64,000 nt of DNA from Hydrolagus colliei (taxonomy: Eukaryota): the NCBI GenBank assembly GCA_035084275.1, contig JAYJKW010000100.1, forward strand, positions 1,302,001 to 1,366,000, in the 5' to 3' direction. Below are positions 25,079 to 36,444 of this stretch, piece after piece. Below the pieces are notes generated by a model. The model worked only from the letters and a program-made list of their open reading frames with translations, did not search any database and was not told the DNA's origin. The translations under genes and the position numbers were made by a program. Within the stretch, counting starts at the first letter, position 1. Every line of letters starts with the position of its first letter.

Positions 25079-25466
25079 NNNNNNNNNNNNNNNNNNNNNN
25101 NNNNNNNNNNNNNNNNNNNNNNNNNNNNNNNNNNNNNNNNNNNNNNNNNNNNNNNNNNNNNNNNNNNNNNNNNNNNNNNNNNNNNNNNNNNNNNNNNNNN
25201 NNNNNNNNNNNNNNNNNNNNNNNNNNNNNNNNNNNNNNNNNNNNNNNNNNNNNNNNNNNNNNNNNNNNNNNNNNNNNNNNNNNNNNNNNNNNNNNNNNNN
25301 NNNNNNNNNNNNNNNNNNNNNNNNNNNNNNNNNNNNNNNNNNNNNNNNNNNNNNNNNNNNNNNNNNNNNNNNNNNNNNNNNNNNNNNNNNNNNNNNNNNN
25401 NNNNNNNNNNNNNNNNNNNNNNNNNNNNNNNNNNNNNNNNNNNNNNNNNNNNNNNNNNNNNNNNNN
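25079..25466. other. Assembly gap (N run); further gaps at 43254-43384 and 45645-45778
   Basis: Runs of n in the sequence. Confidence 1.
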
Positions 25467-25705
25467 CTGTAGGTCCTGGTGTGAGGATGAGTGTGTCTGT
25501 GTGTGTCCCTCACACCCCCTTTGTCCCCCTGTAGGAGAGGCTGGTGTGAGGGTGAGTGTGGCTGTGTGAGAGAGTGTCTGTGTGTGTGTGGCTATGTATG
25601 TGTCCCTATGTGTCCCTGACCCCCCTCGCCTCCCTGTAGGGGGTACTGATGTGTGGGTCAGTGTGGCTGCTGTCTATGTGTGTGGGTGTGTGTGTGTCTG
25701 TGTGT

Positions 25706-25810
25706 GAATCGCCTGTGGCTCAGTGGTTAGAGCACTTGTCTTCCAAGCTGGGGAGACATGTGTTTGAATCCAGGCAGGTCAGAGCGAAACCTTGGGCAAG
25801 TTTCCTTACT

Positions 25811-25849
<39 letters not shown>

Positions 25850-26048
25850 ATAATAATCCAAAAAAAGCACAATAATAAAAATTGGTCATTTCAATCCACG
25901 ACTCTTTGTGGGACACTGCTGTGCGCAATTGGCTGCCGCGATTCGCCCACAAATATACAGTCAATTCACTTTACAGTGTTTTCTGTGAAGCGCTTTGGGA
26001 CGTCGATAAGATGTGAAAAGCGCTATATCAAATGCAAGGATTTTTATT
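25706..26048 (+). mobile_element. Near full-length tRNA-derived SINE with Deu-type core and L2-like tail
   Basis: Head gtggctcagtggttagagc...gtgtttgaatcc (A/B boxes), core gtgggacactgctgtgcgcaattggctgccgcg, tail gtgaagcgctttgggacgtc...gtgaaaagcgctatatcaaatgcaag. The same family recurs many times in the window. Confidence 0.8.
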
Positions 26049-26221
26049 AAGTGTGAGTGTGTGTGTGTCTCTGTGAGAGTGTATATGTGAGTGTGAGTGT
26101 GTTTGTATGTTGCCTTCTTAACCACCCCTCCCCCTCCCCCCAACCCCTTGTCTTCCTATCAGACGGCTGGTGTGAGGGTGAGTGTGTCTGTTTGTGTGTC
26201 TTTGTCTCCGTGTGTGTCTCG

Positions 26222-26567
26222 CTGACCCCCCATTGTCTCCCTGACCCCCCATTGTCTCCCTGACCCCCCATTGTCTCCCTGACCCCCCATTGTCTCGCTG
26301 ACCCCCCATTGTCTCCCTGACCCCCCCATTGTCTCCCTGACCCCCCATTGTCTCCCTGACCCCCCATTGTCTCCCTGACCCCCCATTGTCTCCCTGACCC
26401 CCCATTGTCTCCCTGACCCCCCATTGTCTCCCTGACCCCCCATTGTCTCCCTGACCCCCCATTGTCTCCCTGACCCCCCATTGTCTCCCTGACCCCCCAT
26501 TGTCTCCCTGGCCCCCCATTGTCTCCCTGACCCCCCATTGTCTCCCTGACCCCCCATTGTCTCCCTG
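26222..26567 (+). repeat. 19-bp minisatellite, ~18 copies, forming the pyrimidine tract of the next exon
   Basis: Unit ctgaccccccattgtctcc; the last unit ends in ctccctgtag, the acceptor at 26570. Confidence 0.93.
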
Positions 26568-26646
26568 TAGGGGCTGCATTTGACCATATGTTTGGCTGGT
26601 AACACATCAGGTGTAAGTTTGTGCTGCTGACACAAGGCAGCAGAGA

Positions 26647-26701
26647 ATGTCTGAAGAAACCCAAGCCAGCAACATGGAGTGTGTGATTACCCCAGGGAAA
26701 G
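26647..26701 (+). CDS. First coding segment of the zinc-finger gene (exon 26571-26701)
   Basis: ATG with A at -3 and upstream in-frame stops. MSEETQASNMECVITPGK plus G, then a gtaacc donor in phase 1, in frame with the exon at 28305. Confidence 0.55.
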
Positions 26702-27109
26702 GTAACCACTCAATGTATCTGTACATTACTGTGTTTACTTATTGTTTAAATATTCAGTCTAACTTTATTGATAACTTGCTCTTGCATTGCTTGTATTTTG
26801 CCTACAATTATACAGTCAATTGACGCTATAGTATATTGTGTAAATTTCGACATGTCGATAAGATATGAAATGCATTAAATCAAATGCAAGGATTATGTAT
26901 ATTATCTGATATTTCACTTTTCACATCTTCTGGTTGTCACAAAACGCTTCACAGAATATACTGTAAAGCAAATGGACTGTATATTTGTGGACAAAACGCG
27001 ATATCAAATCGTGCCTAACAGTATCCCACAAACAGCAGTGGAATGAAATGATCAATTTATTACTGTTATGTTTTTTTAGCAATTATTGTAAGTAAATCTT
27101 CGAAGTAAG

Positions 27110-27660
27110 TAAACCTTTGTTTGTGGCAGGACAGCTAGATAAGGCTGTTAACACAGCATATGGGATACTAGACTTTATAAATAGTGGCATTGAGTACAAA
27201 GGTCAGGAAGCTTTAATTAACCTGCATTAAACATGGTTTAGGCCTCAGCTAGATTGCTGTGTTTTGATTCTGGGCATCAAACTTCAGGAAGGATATCAAG
27301 GACTTGGAAGAGGTGCAGAGGAAACTCACCCAGATGTTAGCAGGACTGGGGGACTTTGGTTAAGAGAAAAGTCCAGAAAGTCTAGGATTATTCTCATTCG
27401 AGGAGATAACATTACGAGGAGACCTGATAGAGGGTTTTTCCATGCAGCGAGTTTTTGGAATATTGAATGAATTTCCTGAAACTGTGTTGGGGGCTGATTT
27501 GGAAACAACACGAGGTGGGTAGTTATTTGGGAAGGACATGTTTTGCAGGGTAATGGGGAGAAATCCGGAGTGTCAGATTGACATTGATTAGTGATTTTCA
27601 AAGAGCCAGCACAGACTCAGTGTGCCAATATGCCTCACTTTAACTGGAATATTCTATGAT
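27110..27660 (+). mobile_element. CR1-clade LINE 3' fragment, decayed
   Basis: Degenerate RPQLxYCVxFW...FRKDIxxLExVQR coding region; homologous to 62740-63120. Confidence 0.75.
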
Positions 27661-27859
27661 ACTATAATTCTATTATTATTAGGCCTGTGAAGTGAGGAAA
27701 CTGAGAGAAATTTAACCAGGTTTCTCAGTTATAATATGAGTGCTCTAATTACAGAGCCACAGGATTTATTGGATATTGACTTATGCAATTAATTTGTATT
27801 GTACTTCACTTTTGCGCTTGATTATATGTTGCCCAGAAATAATAATATTTTATAATAAC

Positions 27860-28170
27860 GATATTCCTTGCATTTGATATAGCGCTTTTCCAATAATCTG
27901 GATGATTTAAACTGCTTTGCAGAATATACCGGACAGTGAATTGACTGTATATTTTACTGTCGAATCATGGAAGCCAACAAAAATAAAACAAAACATTTTT
28001 TGCAACCATTATTGGTTTAGGAAATCTATCAACCAGGTTCATATTGACTACTATGCAAACAGAGGACTGTGGAGTGAGGAAACTTGTCAAAGGATTTTTC
28101 CCTCCTGGGAATCAAGCCTGGGTTCTCTTGTGCAAGGCACTGTACAATTTGATTAGGAGCAACTTGATTT
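27860..28170 (-). mobile_element. DeuSINE-type copy, reverse orientation
   Basis: ccttgcatttgatatagcgctttt (reverse tail) and ggagtgaggaaactt...ggaatcaagcc (reverse head). Confidence 0.6.
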
Positions 28171-28304
28171 ACTTTCCACAAACTCTAACATCTCTCTGCC
28201 AAAAGTTGTCAGTGCTTTCTAGTCTCTGTGTACATCCTGTTTTCCAATTCCAATTCAGTTTTCCATTTCAGCTCTTTTCATTTTCTTATCAATTTACTCT
28301 ATAG

Positions 28305-28445
28305 AGCCCAGAATTGCAAAGAGTTTGAGCTCCAAACAGAATCAATTGACTGGAGAAGAGGCCGGGAGAAGCAGATACAATTTGAGAAAGAGGGAGAGAA
28401 GAAATAACACTGAGGACAAGGATCTTCATGACGAAGATAACCTAT
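28305..28445 (+). CDS. SSXRD-like exon (PRDM9/SSX repression-domain motif)
   Basis: Long pyrimidine tract with tatag| acceptor and t|gtaagt donor; 141 nt, phase 1/1. Ends RYNLRKRERRNNTEDKDLHDEDNL, which aligns without gaps to the recalled PRDM9 motif [23 protein letters not shown]. Confidence 0.7.
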
Positions 28446-29149
28446 GTAAGTGATAAATCAATCCGAGTTTCTAAGCATAAAATGGTCCAGTACAGCAACT
28501 ATACCTTAGCATTGACAAGGAGCTTTTAAGGTGAAGTTCCTCTGGTTTTTCAGACAGATGATAAGAATGCAACTGTTGGAATGAGTAACAACTTATAGAG
28601 TCCTCAAGACATCCTGGAGAACTTTGCAGGATTGTATTGTGAAGTGTTGCAGATTCCACAGTGATGACCCCCAAACAGCCATGAGGTGACAGACTAAATT
28701 TATCTTCGATACCGATAGACGGGACACTGCGGTGAGATCGAGTGAGAGAAACTCGCACTGCTTTGGAATCATTCCATCATAATTTTAATGTTTACCTGCA
28801 CAAAATGGCTGGAGAACTGGGTTAAAAATTTCACCAGAATTGCGGCAACTCAGAAAACGGAACACATTCCCCATATTAGTGTTAATTGCTATCAGTGTCC
28901 TGGCCAGGTATCCTCTTCACTAATTATTCATGTCTGTGTGTGAGAAGTTGCTGATTGTCAAATACTGACACTGACACTGACAAAACCTGACCTGCATGCA
29001 GGGGGCGCTTTATAAATGCAATGCAACACTGACCCACATTTTACAGTGGTTAGAGTAAAGCATTGACTTGGACAGGTATTGTAGAAATGTATTGATCACA
29101 CATCAATTGCCAAACAATGCACTCGCAAGTCTTTCTTGGTTTCCTTCAG

Positions 29150-32100
29150 CAGACAAAGTGGATGGTTCTGGAGCTACTTCTTGGCCTCAGTGGAACACTG
29201 TGTTTACTCGAGCTGAGTTTCATCAGAAGCACAGCAGAAGACATCCCGAGCTCCATCGAGACATATCAGGTGCAGTATCAGCCAGTCTGTTGTATCTGTT
29301 CTCAAAGCCGCAAACGTGTCAAGGATCCATCACATGTGCTGCTGAAGAAAAGAGCATCTCTCAGACAGGATCTCCACAGGATCACCAGCCATCGATCTCA
29401 GGAGAGAGACTGTATGATTGTTCCCAATGTGGGAAGAGCTGCACAAATTCAGGAGCCCTGCATAGACACCAGCGATCACATCCAGGGGAGAAACAATATA
29501 AATGTGCTGAATGTGGAAAGCGATTCACACGTTCGAATAATCTCAATGTTCACTATCGAACACACACAGGCGAGAGACCGTACAAATGTGTTGAATGTGG
29601 AAAGAGTTTCAAAACATCACGAGATGTCAAGAAACACCATCGATCACACACAGGAGAGAGACCATACAAATGTGCTGAATGTGGCAAGAGTTTCTCAAGT
29701 TCATGGCATCTCCAGGTTCACCATCGATCACACACAGGAGAGAGATCATATACATGTGATGAATGTGGCAAGAGTTTTAAGACATCAAGCGATATAAAAG
29801 TACACTATCGATCACACACGGGAGAGAGACCATACAAATGTGCTGAATGTGGAAAGAGTTTTAAAACATCTGGATATATGAAAATACACCATCGATCACA
29901 CACAGGAGAGAAACCATACAAATGTGCTGACTGTGGAAAGAGTTTCAAAACATCAGGAGAGGTCAAGAATCATCATCGATCACACACAGGAGAGAGACCA
30001 TATAAATGTGCTGAATGTGGAAAGAGTTTTAAAACATCTGGACATATGAAAATACACCATCGATCACACACAGGAGAAAAACCATACAAATGTGCTGACT
30101 GTGGAAAGAGTTTCAAAACATCACGAGAGGTCAAGAAACACCATCGATCACACACAGGAGAGAGACCAAAGAAATGTACTGAATGTGGAAAGAGTTTCAC
30201 TAGTTCATGGCATCTCCTGGTTCACCATCGATCACACACAGGAGAGAGACCATATACATGTGCTGCATGTGGCAAGAGTTTTAACACATCAGGCGATATA
30301 AAAGTACACTATCGATCACACACGGGAGAGAGACCATACAAATGTGCTGAATGTGGAAGGAGTTTTAAAACATCTGGATATCTGAAAATACACCATCGAT
30401 CACACACAGGAGAGAAACCATACAAATGTGCTGACTGTGGAAAGAGTTTCAAAACATCACGAGATGTCAAGAACCACCATCGATCACACACAGGAGAGAG
30501 ACCATACAAATGTGCTGAATGTGGCAACAGTTTCACAAGTTCATGGCATCTCCAGGTTCACCATCGATCACACACAGGAGAGAGATCATATACATGTGCT
30601 GAATGTGGCAAGAGTTTTATGACATCAAGCGATATAAAAGTACACTATCGATCACACACGGGAGAGAGACCATACAAATGTGCTGAATGTGGAAAGAGTT
30701 TTAAAACATCTGGACATATGAAAATACACCATCGATCACACACAGGAGAGAAACCATACAAATGTGCTGACTGTGGAAAGAGTTTCAAAACATCAGGAGA
30801 GGTCAAGAATCATCATCGATCACACACAGGAGAGAGACCATATAAATGTGCTGAATGTGGAAAGAGTTTTAAAACATCTGGACATATGAAAATACACCAT
30901 CGATCACACACAGGAGAGAAACCATACAAATGTGCTGACTGTGGAAAGAGTTTCAAAACATCACGAGAGGTCAAGAAACACCATCGATCACACACAGGAG
31001 AGAGATCATACAAATGCGCTGAATGTGGAAAGAGTTTCACAAGTTCATGCCATCTCCAGGTTCACCATCGATCACACACAGGAGAGAGACCATATACATG
31101 TGCTGCATGTGGCAAGAGTTTTAAGACATCAGGCGATATAAAAGTACACTATCGATCACACACGGGAGAGAGACCATACAAATGTGCTGAATGTGGAAGG
31201 AGTTTTAAAACATCCGGATATCTGAAAATACACCATCGATCACACACAGGAGAGAAACCATACAAATGTGCTGACTGTGGAAAGAGTTTCAAAACATCAC
31301 AAGATGTCAAGAACCACCATCGATCACACACAGGAGAGAGACCATACAAATGTGCTGAATGTGGCAAGAGTTTCACAAGTTCATGGCATCTCCAGGTTCA
31401 CCATCGATCACACACAGGAGAGAGATCATATACATGTGCTGAATGTGGCAAGAGTTTTATGACATCAAGCGATATAAAAGTACACTATCGATCACACACG
31501 GGAGAGAGACCATACAAATGTGCTGAATGTGGAAAGAGTTTTAAAACATCTGGACATATGAAAATACACCATCGATCACACACAGGAGAGAAACCATACA
31601 AATGTGCTGACTGTGGAAAGAGTTTCAAAACATCAGGAGAGGTCAAGAATCATCATCGATCACACACAGGAGAGAGACCATATAAATGTGCTGAATGTGG
31701 AAAGAGTTTTAAAACATCTGGACATATGAAAATACACCATCGATCACACACAGGAGAGAAACCATACAAATGTGCTGACTGTGGAAAGAGTTTCAAAACA
31801 TCACGAGAGGTCAAGAAACACCATCGATCACACACAGGAGAGAGATCATACAAATGCGCTGAATGTGGAAAGAGTTTCACAAGTTCATGCCATCTCCAGG
31901 TTCACCATCGATCACACACAGGAGAGAGACCATATACATGTGCTGCATGTGGCAAGAGTTTTAAGACATCAGGCGATATAAAAGTACACTATCGATCACA
32001 CACGGGAGAGAGACCATACAAATGTGCTGAATGTGGAAGGAGTTTTAAAACATCCGGATATCTGAAAATACACCATCGATCACACACAGGAGAGAAACCA

Positions 32101-32439
32101 TACAAATGTGCTGACTGTGGAAAGAGTTTCAAAACATCACAAGATGTCAAGAACCACCATCGATCACACACAGGAGAGAGACCATACAAATGTGCTGAAT
32201 GTGGCAAGAGTTTCACAAGTTCATGGCATCTCCAGGTTCACCATCGATCACACACAGGAGAAAGACCATATAAATGTGCTGACTGTGGCAAGAGTTTCAA
32301 AACATCAGGAGTGCTCCAGAAACACCATCGATCACACACGGGAGAGAGACCATATAAATGTGCTGAATGTGGAGTAAGATTTACAAGGAAACATAGCCTC
32401 CAACGTCACCAGAAAATGCACACACGAGACAAGGTATAA
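29150..32439 (+). CDS. Terminal exon encoding 36 tandem C2H2 zinc fingers (PRDM9-like minisatellite array)
   Basis: ttccttcag|cag| NAGNAG acceptor (29150 or 29153), both phase 1. Fingers start at 29413 with an exact 84-bp period and TGE(R/K)P linkers; stop at 32439. Confidence 0.93.
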
Positions 32440-34479
32440 ATGTGCGGATAGTGGAAAGCCTCTTTCATGGGCTGGTCAGCAGAAAAATCACAAACGCTCG
32501 AAGATGCCGTTATTACTTTAGAGCTTTCCATTTCAAACCACATCAAATGCTGCTTTGAGAAGTGATTATAGTAATAGTTTGATGGATAGTGTACAGTGAT
32601 CCACTTGATCTAATACCATTGACTCACAGTCTATTGTCATGGAACATCTTCCTGACGTTAAATGCGCCAAACAAATGTACTTGTGTGGTTTATGTAATGT
32701 TACCATAACTCATATTAAAGCCGTTGACATGGAATACATTACCATTTTCATTAGTTTCCTCATGTGAGGAATATAATGATAAAGCAAAGTAGAGATGAAC
32801 CTGAAGTGACTGTATAGAGGGATATAGAGGGATCTATAGCAGGACAGATACATTATTTTGACAAACAGTATGCTTAGATATAGGCCAAGGCAGACAGAGG
32901 GAGCCACAATTTTTACTGTATTTTCGATGCAAGAGCAACTCTGAGAGTCAGTTTGAGGACAAGATGGGAGGGCTGGAGGGAGACAGTGTGAGGACAAAGT
33001 GGGAGGGGCCTTCTTTCTCCCACCTTGTGGATGACACGCCATGTCCGAGGTACCAGGGCTGTCAGCAAGTCACCAGCTGAGGAGCCGGTGGGTTTTGGGG
33101 ACTGTCACCACACTGGGCCGTTTCCCAGCATTTTAAAGATGGTCCAGAGGAGCGGTGAGGACAAGGAGCGGTTACTGGGCTATTGTTTGTTGTTAATGTT
33201 TTTGTTATTTATTGCTGTTGTTTGATCCCCCCTCAACCCTTGCCCCCTGGCCTCCCCCCTCACCCTTTTGCTCTCCCCTTTTCCCCTCCTATCCCTCTTC
33301 TCCCTTCCCCCCTTCTCCCTTAATTTAAGTTCCCACCATCTTTCCCTCCCATTCCCCTTAACCCTCTTTCTCCCCCTTTTTCCTTTCTGATTTTACCTCA
33401 CCCTCGCCTCCCTCTCCCCCCTTATCCTCTTTTTCCCCTTTCTCCCCTGGCCCCAATTCCACCACTGCTTGTGGGGCACTGTTGTGCTCAATTTGGCTGC
33501 CGCATTTCTCCGACAAATAGTAAATTTTCCTTCTTTCCTTCCCCCAACAACATTCCCCGCCACCCTCCCTACCCCGCACCCCCTCCCTCTGCTCCCCCTC
33601 ACTCTGGTCCTGTCCTCTTCTCCCCACCTTCTTCCCTCATGTTTGCTCCCTACCCCCCACCTGCTCTGGTCCCAGGGACGTTATTGTATTCTGTGAAGCG
33701 TTTTGACACATCGATATGATGTGGAAAGTGTTATATAAATGTAAGGATTATCATTATTTTGCAACTGAATTAAATAATTTTATTGATTTACCGTAAATCA
33801 ATTCAAATGATGCCTGCTGGTGTTATGATAATGCTGCTGCAAAGCAATGCTTACCAAAGAACAACACAATTATATTTCTGTAGTGCGATTTACATCAGGA
33901 AATAAGGGAATAATTCAGCTGCTTGGAATGGAATTGGAATGGACGCATCAGAGTCACATCCATATTGAATTAAAAATGGAAAGTCCAATGACATATGCAG
34001 ATAGGACAGATGAACTCTATCGGAACATTATCATTATTATTTGCATTTGCTTGGAGAACGTAGGCCGATGTCCACCTAATTGGCCTTCACCACCTGCAAC
34101 TCGCTAGATATGTGATGGTGCAAATTATGCACTCGAAATATCTCGATATATCATCTTTTATTTAGCAGAAACTTATATAAGCTTTTCTTGCAATGAACTA
34201 TGCTATGTCTTCGTACTGTCTTCGTAGGCAGTTTATTCCACATTATTACTACACACTGCATTTAGTAGTGTAAAATGTTGTAAATAAAATGCAGCATTCT
34301 CAAATTAATGTTCAATTTTTTCTTGTTCTAACCTTTTCTGTTGACCCAACTCTTTTTATGAAATTTTCAATTTCCTCCACATTTTGTTGTATCTTGCTTG
34401 TTCCTTGTGAATGTACCTTTGTGTTCCTGATGTGACTTTGCCATGCTGGTATTGCCAGTCTCACTGTAATTTGGAGGAT

Positions 34480-34830
34480 ATAATAATAATCCTTGCATTT
34501 GATATAACGCTTTCCACATTTTATCAACGTCCCAAAGCGCTTCACAGAATATACTGTAAAGTGTATTTATTGACTGTATGTATTTGTGGGCGAATCGCGG
34601 CAGCCATATGCGCACAGCAGTGTCTCACACACAGTCGTGGATTGAAATGACCAATTTTACTGTTGTGTTTTTTTTTGAGGGATTATTATTAGGCGTGTGG
34701 AGTAAGGAAACTTACCCAAGGTTTCCCCCAGACCTGCCTGGATTCGAACACAGGTCTCCCCATCTTGGTCTCCCCATCTTGGTCTCCCCAGCTTGCAAGA
34801 CAAGTTCTCTCACCAGTGAGCCACAGGAGC
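34480..34830 (-). mobile_element. DeuSINE-type copy
   Basis: Reverse tail, core (gcgaatcgcggcagccatatgcgcacagcag) and head. Confidence 0.75.
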
Positions 34831-35351
34831 CCCACGATGACAATACGAAGCAGCACGCACATGAAATTTGTGTCCCACGTTTAAGATGGAAGTTGCTTCT
34901 ATTGAATGATCCCATGATATACATCTTAAAGTCTGTCTTTCACTTCCTCGAGAAATGTTGTTCATGAATTCAGCAGGCTAAGATATCTACCCGCCTGTAA
35001 TCTCTCTAGAAGTTCCCCTTTGCTCCCATTAACCTCTCAAGGCTCAACCACACAACTCGACTGTCAAATGGCCAGTTTGCGATTCTCCTCATGGGAAGAG
35101 CACAGGAGTGGTGGTAGGGCGGGGGGGGAGTGTTCTGCTTCCTTGTCAAGCCACTTCAGATGTCTGGAAGATGTAATCAGTTGCTGTGTCAAATGCAAGG
35201 ACTACTATTCCAGTATTATTATTATTATCATCATTACAAGATATTCAAGGCTCTGGACAGCCAGAGACTGTGTTGGTGTGTGGGTGGCCAAAACAGGACA
35301 GAGAGAACCACTGTATTGTTTCAAACGCTCAGAGACTTTACCCCACATCGA

Positions 35352-35650
35352 GTTCCTATAGCTCAGTGGTTAGACCACTCGTCTTACAAGCGTCAGACCT
35401 GTGTTCGAATCCAGGTAGATCAGGGTGAAACCTTGGCCAAGATTCCTTACTCCACAGACACCTAATAATACTCCACCCAAAAAAACCACAAAAATAAAAA
35501 CTGGTCGTTTCATCCCATGACTGTCTGTGGGACACTGCTGTGTGCAATTGGCTGACGTGTTTCATTCACCAAATGTACAGTCAATTCACGCTACAGAATA
35601 TCTGTGAAGCGCTTTGAGACATTGATAAGATGCGAAGGATGTAACGATTA
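35352..35650 (+). mobile_element. DeuSINE-type copy
   Basis: Head gctcagtggttagacc...gttcgaatcc, core gtgggacactgctgtgtgcaattggctg, tail gtgaagcgctttgagac. Confidence 0.75.
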
Positions 35651-35810
35651 TTATTATATTTAATGTCATAAATGGCTCTGCGTTTGTTTGGCAGAATGAC
35701 ACAAACAATCCAACCCACTTGCCTTGTTGCTGAGGGATCCTGGTCCACGCTACTGTTACTCAATGTGACCAGTGATTGACAGGAGACAGAGAGAGTGACC
35801 TCCCCCCCAA

Positions 35811-36014
35811 TGACGTCACCAGGCTGACACTCCAGGCCATCACAGGGGGGATTGTGACGTCAGACCCGGCGATGGGTTTGTGGACAAACATTGTCTGTTT
35901 CCACGTTAGTTAAGACGGGAGAGAGGGAGCGACAGGACCCCCAGCCCCCACAGCTCAATAGCATTGGCTACACACACACTGGGATCAGGTAGCGCAGGGA
36001 ACACAGTGACGTCA
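35811..36014. promoter_or_regulatory. Cluster of three full CRE palindromes (TGACGTCA)
   Basis: TGACGTCA at 35811, 35855 and 36007; the last sits within the 14-bp palindrome cagtgacgtcactg. Confidence 0.45.
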
Positions 36015-36027
36015 CTGGGAGAGGGGT

Positions 36028-36240
36028 CAGCTCGTCACAGAGAGTCAGCACGTGGTTTGTGAAGAGGAGATTGTGTCTGACTAACCTAGTGACAGCTCGT
36101 CACAGAGAGTCAGCACGTGGTTTGTGAAGAGGAGATTGTGTCTGACTAACCTAGTGACAGCTCGTCACAGAGAGTCAGCACGTGGTTTGTGAAGAGGAGA
36201 TTGTGTCTGACTAACCTTGTGACAGCTTGTCACAGAGAGG
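36028..36240 (+). repeat. 65-bp tandem repeat, ~3.3 copies
   Basis: Units start at 36028, 36093, 36158 and 36223; each full unit contains CACGTG. Confidence 0.92.
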
Positions 36241-36444
36241 GGGTTGTGGCGTCCTCTCGACGTGAAAGGCGCTGTATGAATGTAAGTTTTGATTGATCGA
36301 TTGATCGATTGATTGATTGGTTGTTTGTTTGTCTGTTTGTCTTTTGGGCCTGAAAAGAGGGTGTGATCAGCAGGTAACAGCAGTGACTCTGTATAACATC
36401 CAAAATTGATGAAACAGGATGGAGGAAGGATTATCATTATTATC

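Noticed and set aside
27917-28156. ORF containing VYFTVESWK, resembling the KRAB-A motif IYFTKEEW, just upstream of the SSXRD exon
   Set aside because: The DNA is the reverse complement of the SINE core/tail (tgactgtatattt...), lacks suitable splice sites and has no further KRAB residues; judged coincidental.
29068-29149. N-terminal extension of the 1123-aa ORF in the track
   Set aside because: It begins at TTG and runs through the pyrimidine tract and acceptor at 29149; it is intronic in the spliced model.
35352-35425. tRNA-like sequences with A/B boxes (also ~9270, 21660, 23380, 25710, 36445, 53585, 63190)
   Set aside because: Acceptor stems do not pair, anticodon loops vary between copies, and most continue into the SINE body; they are SINE heads, not tRNA genes.
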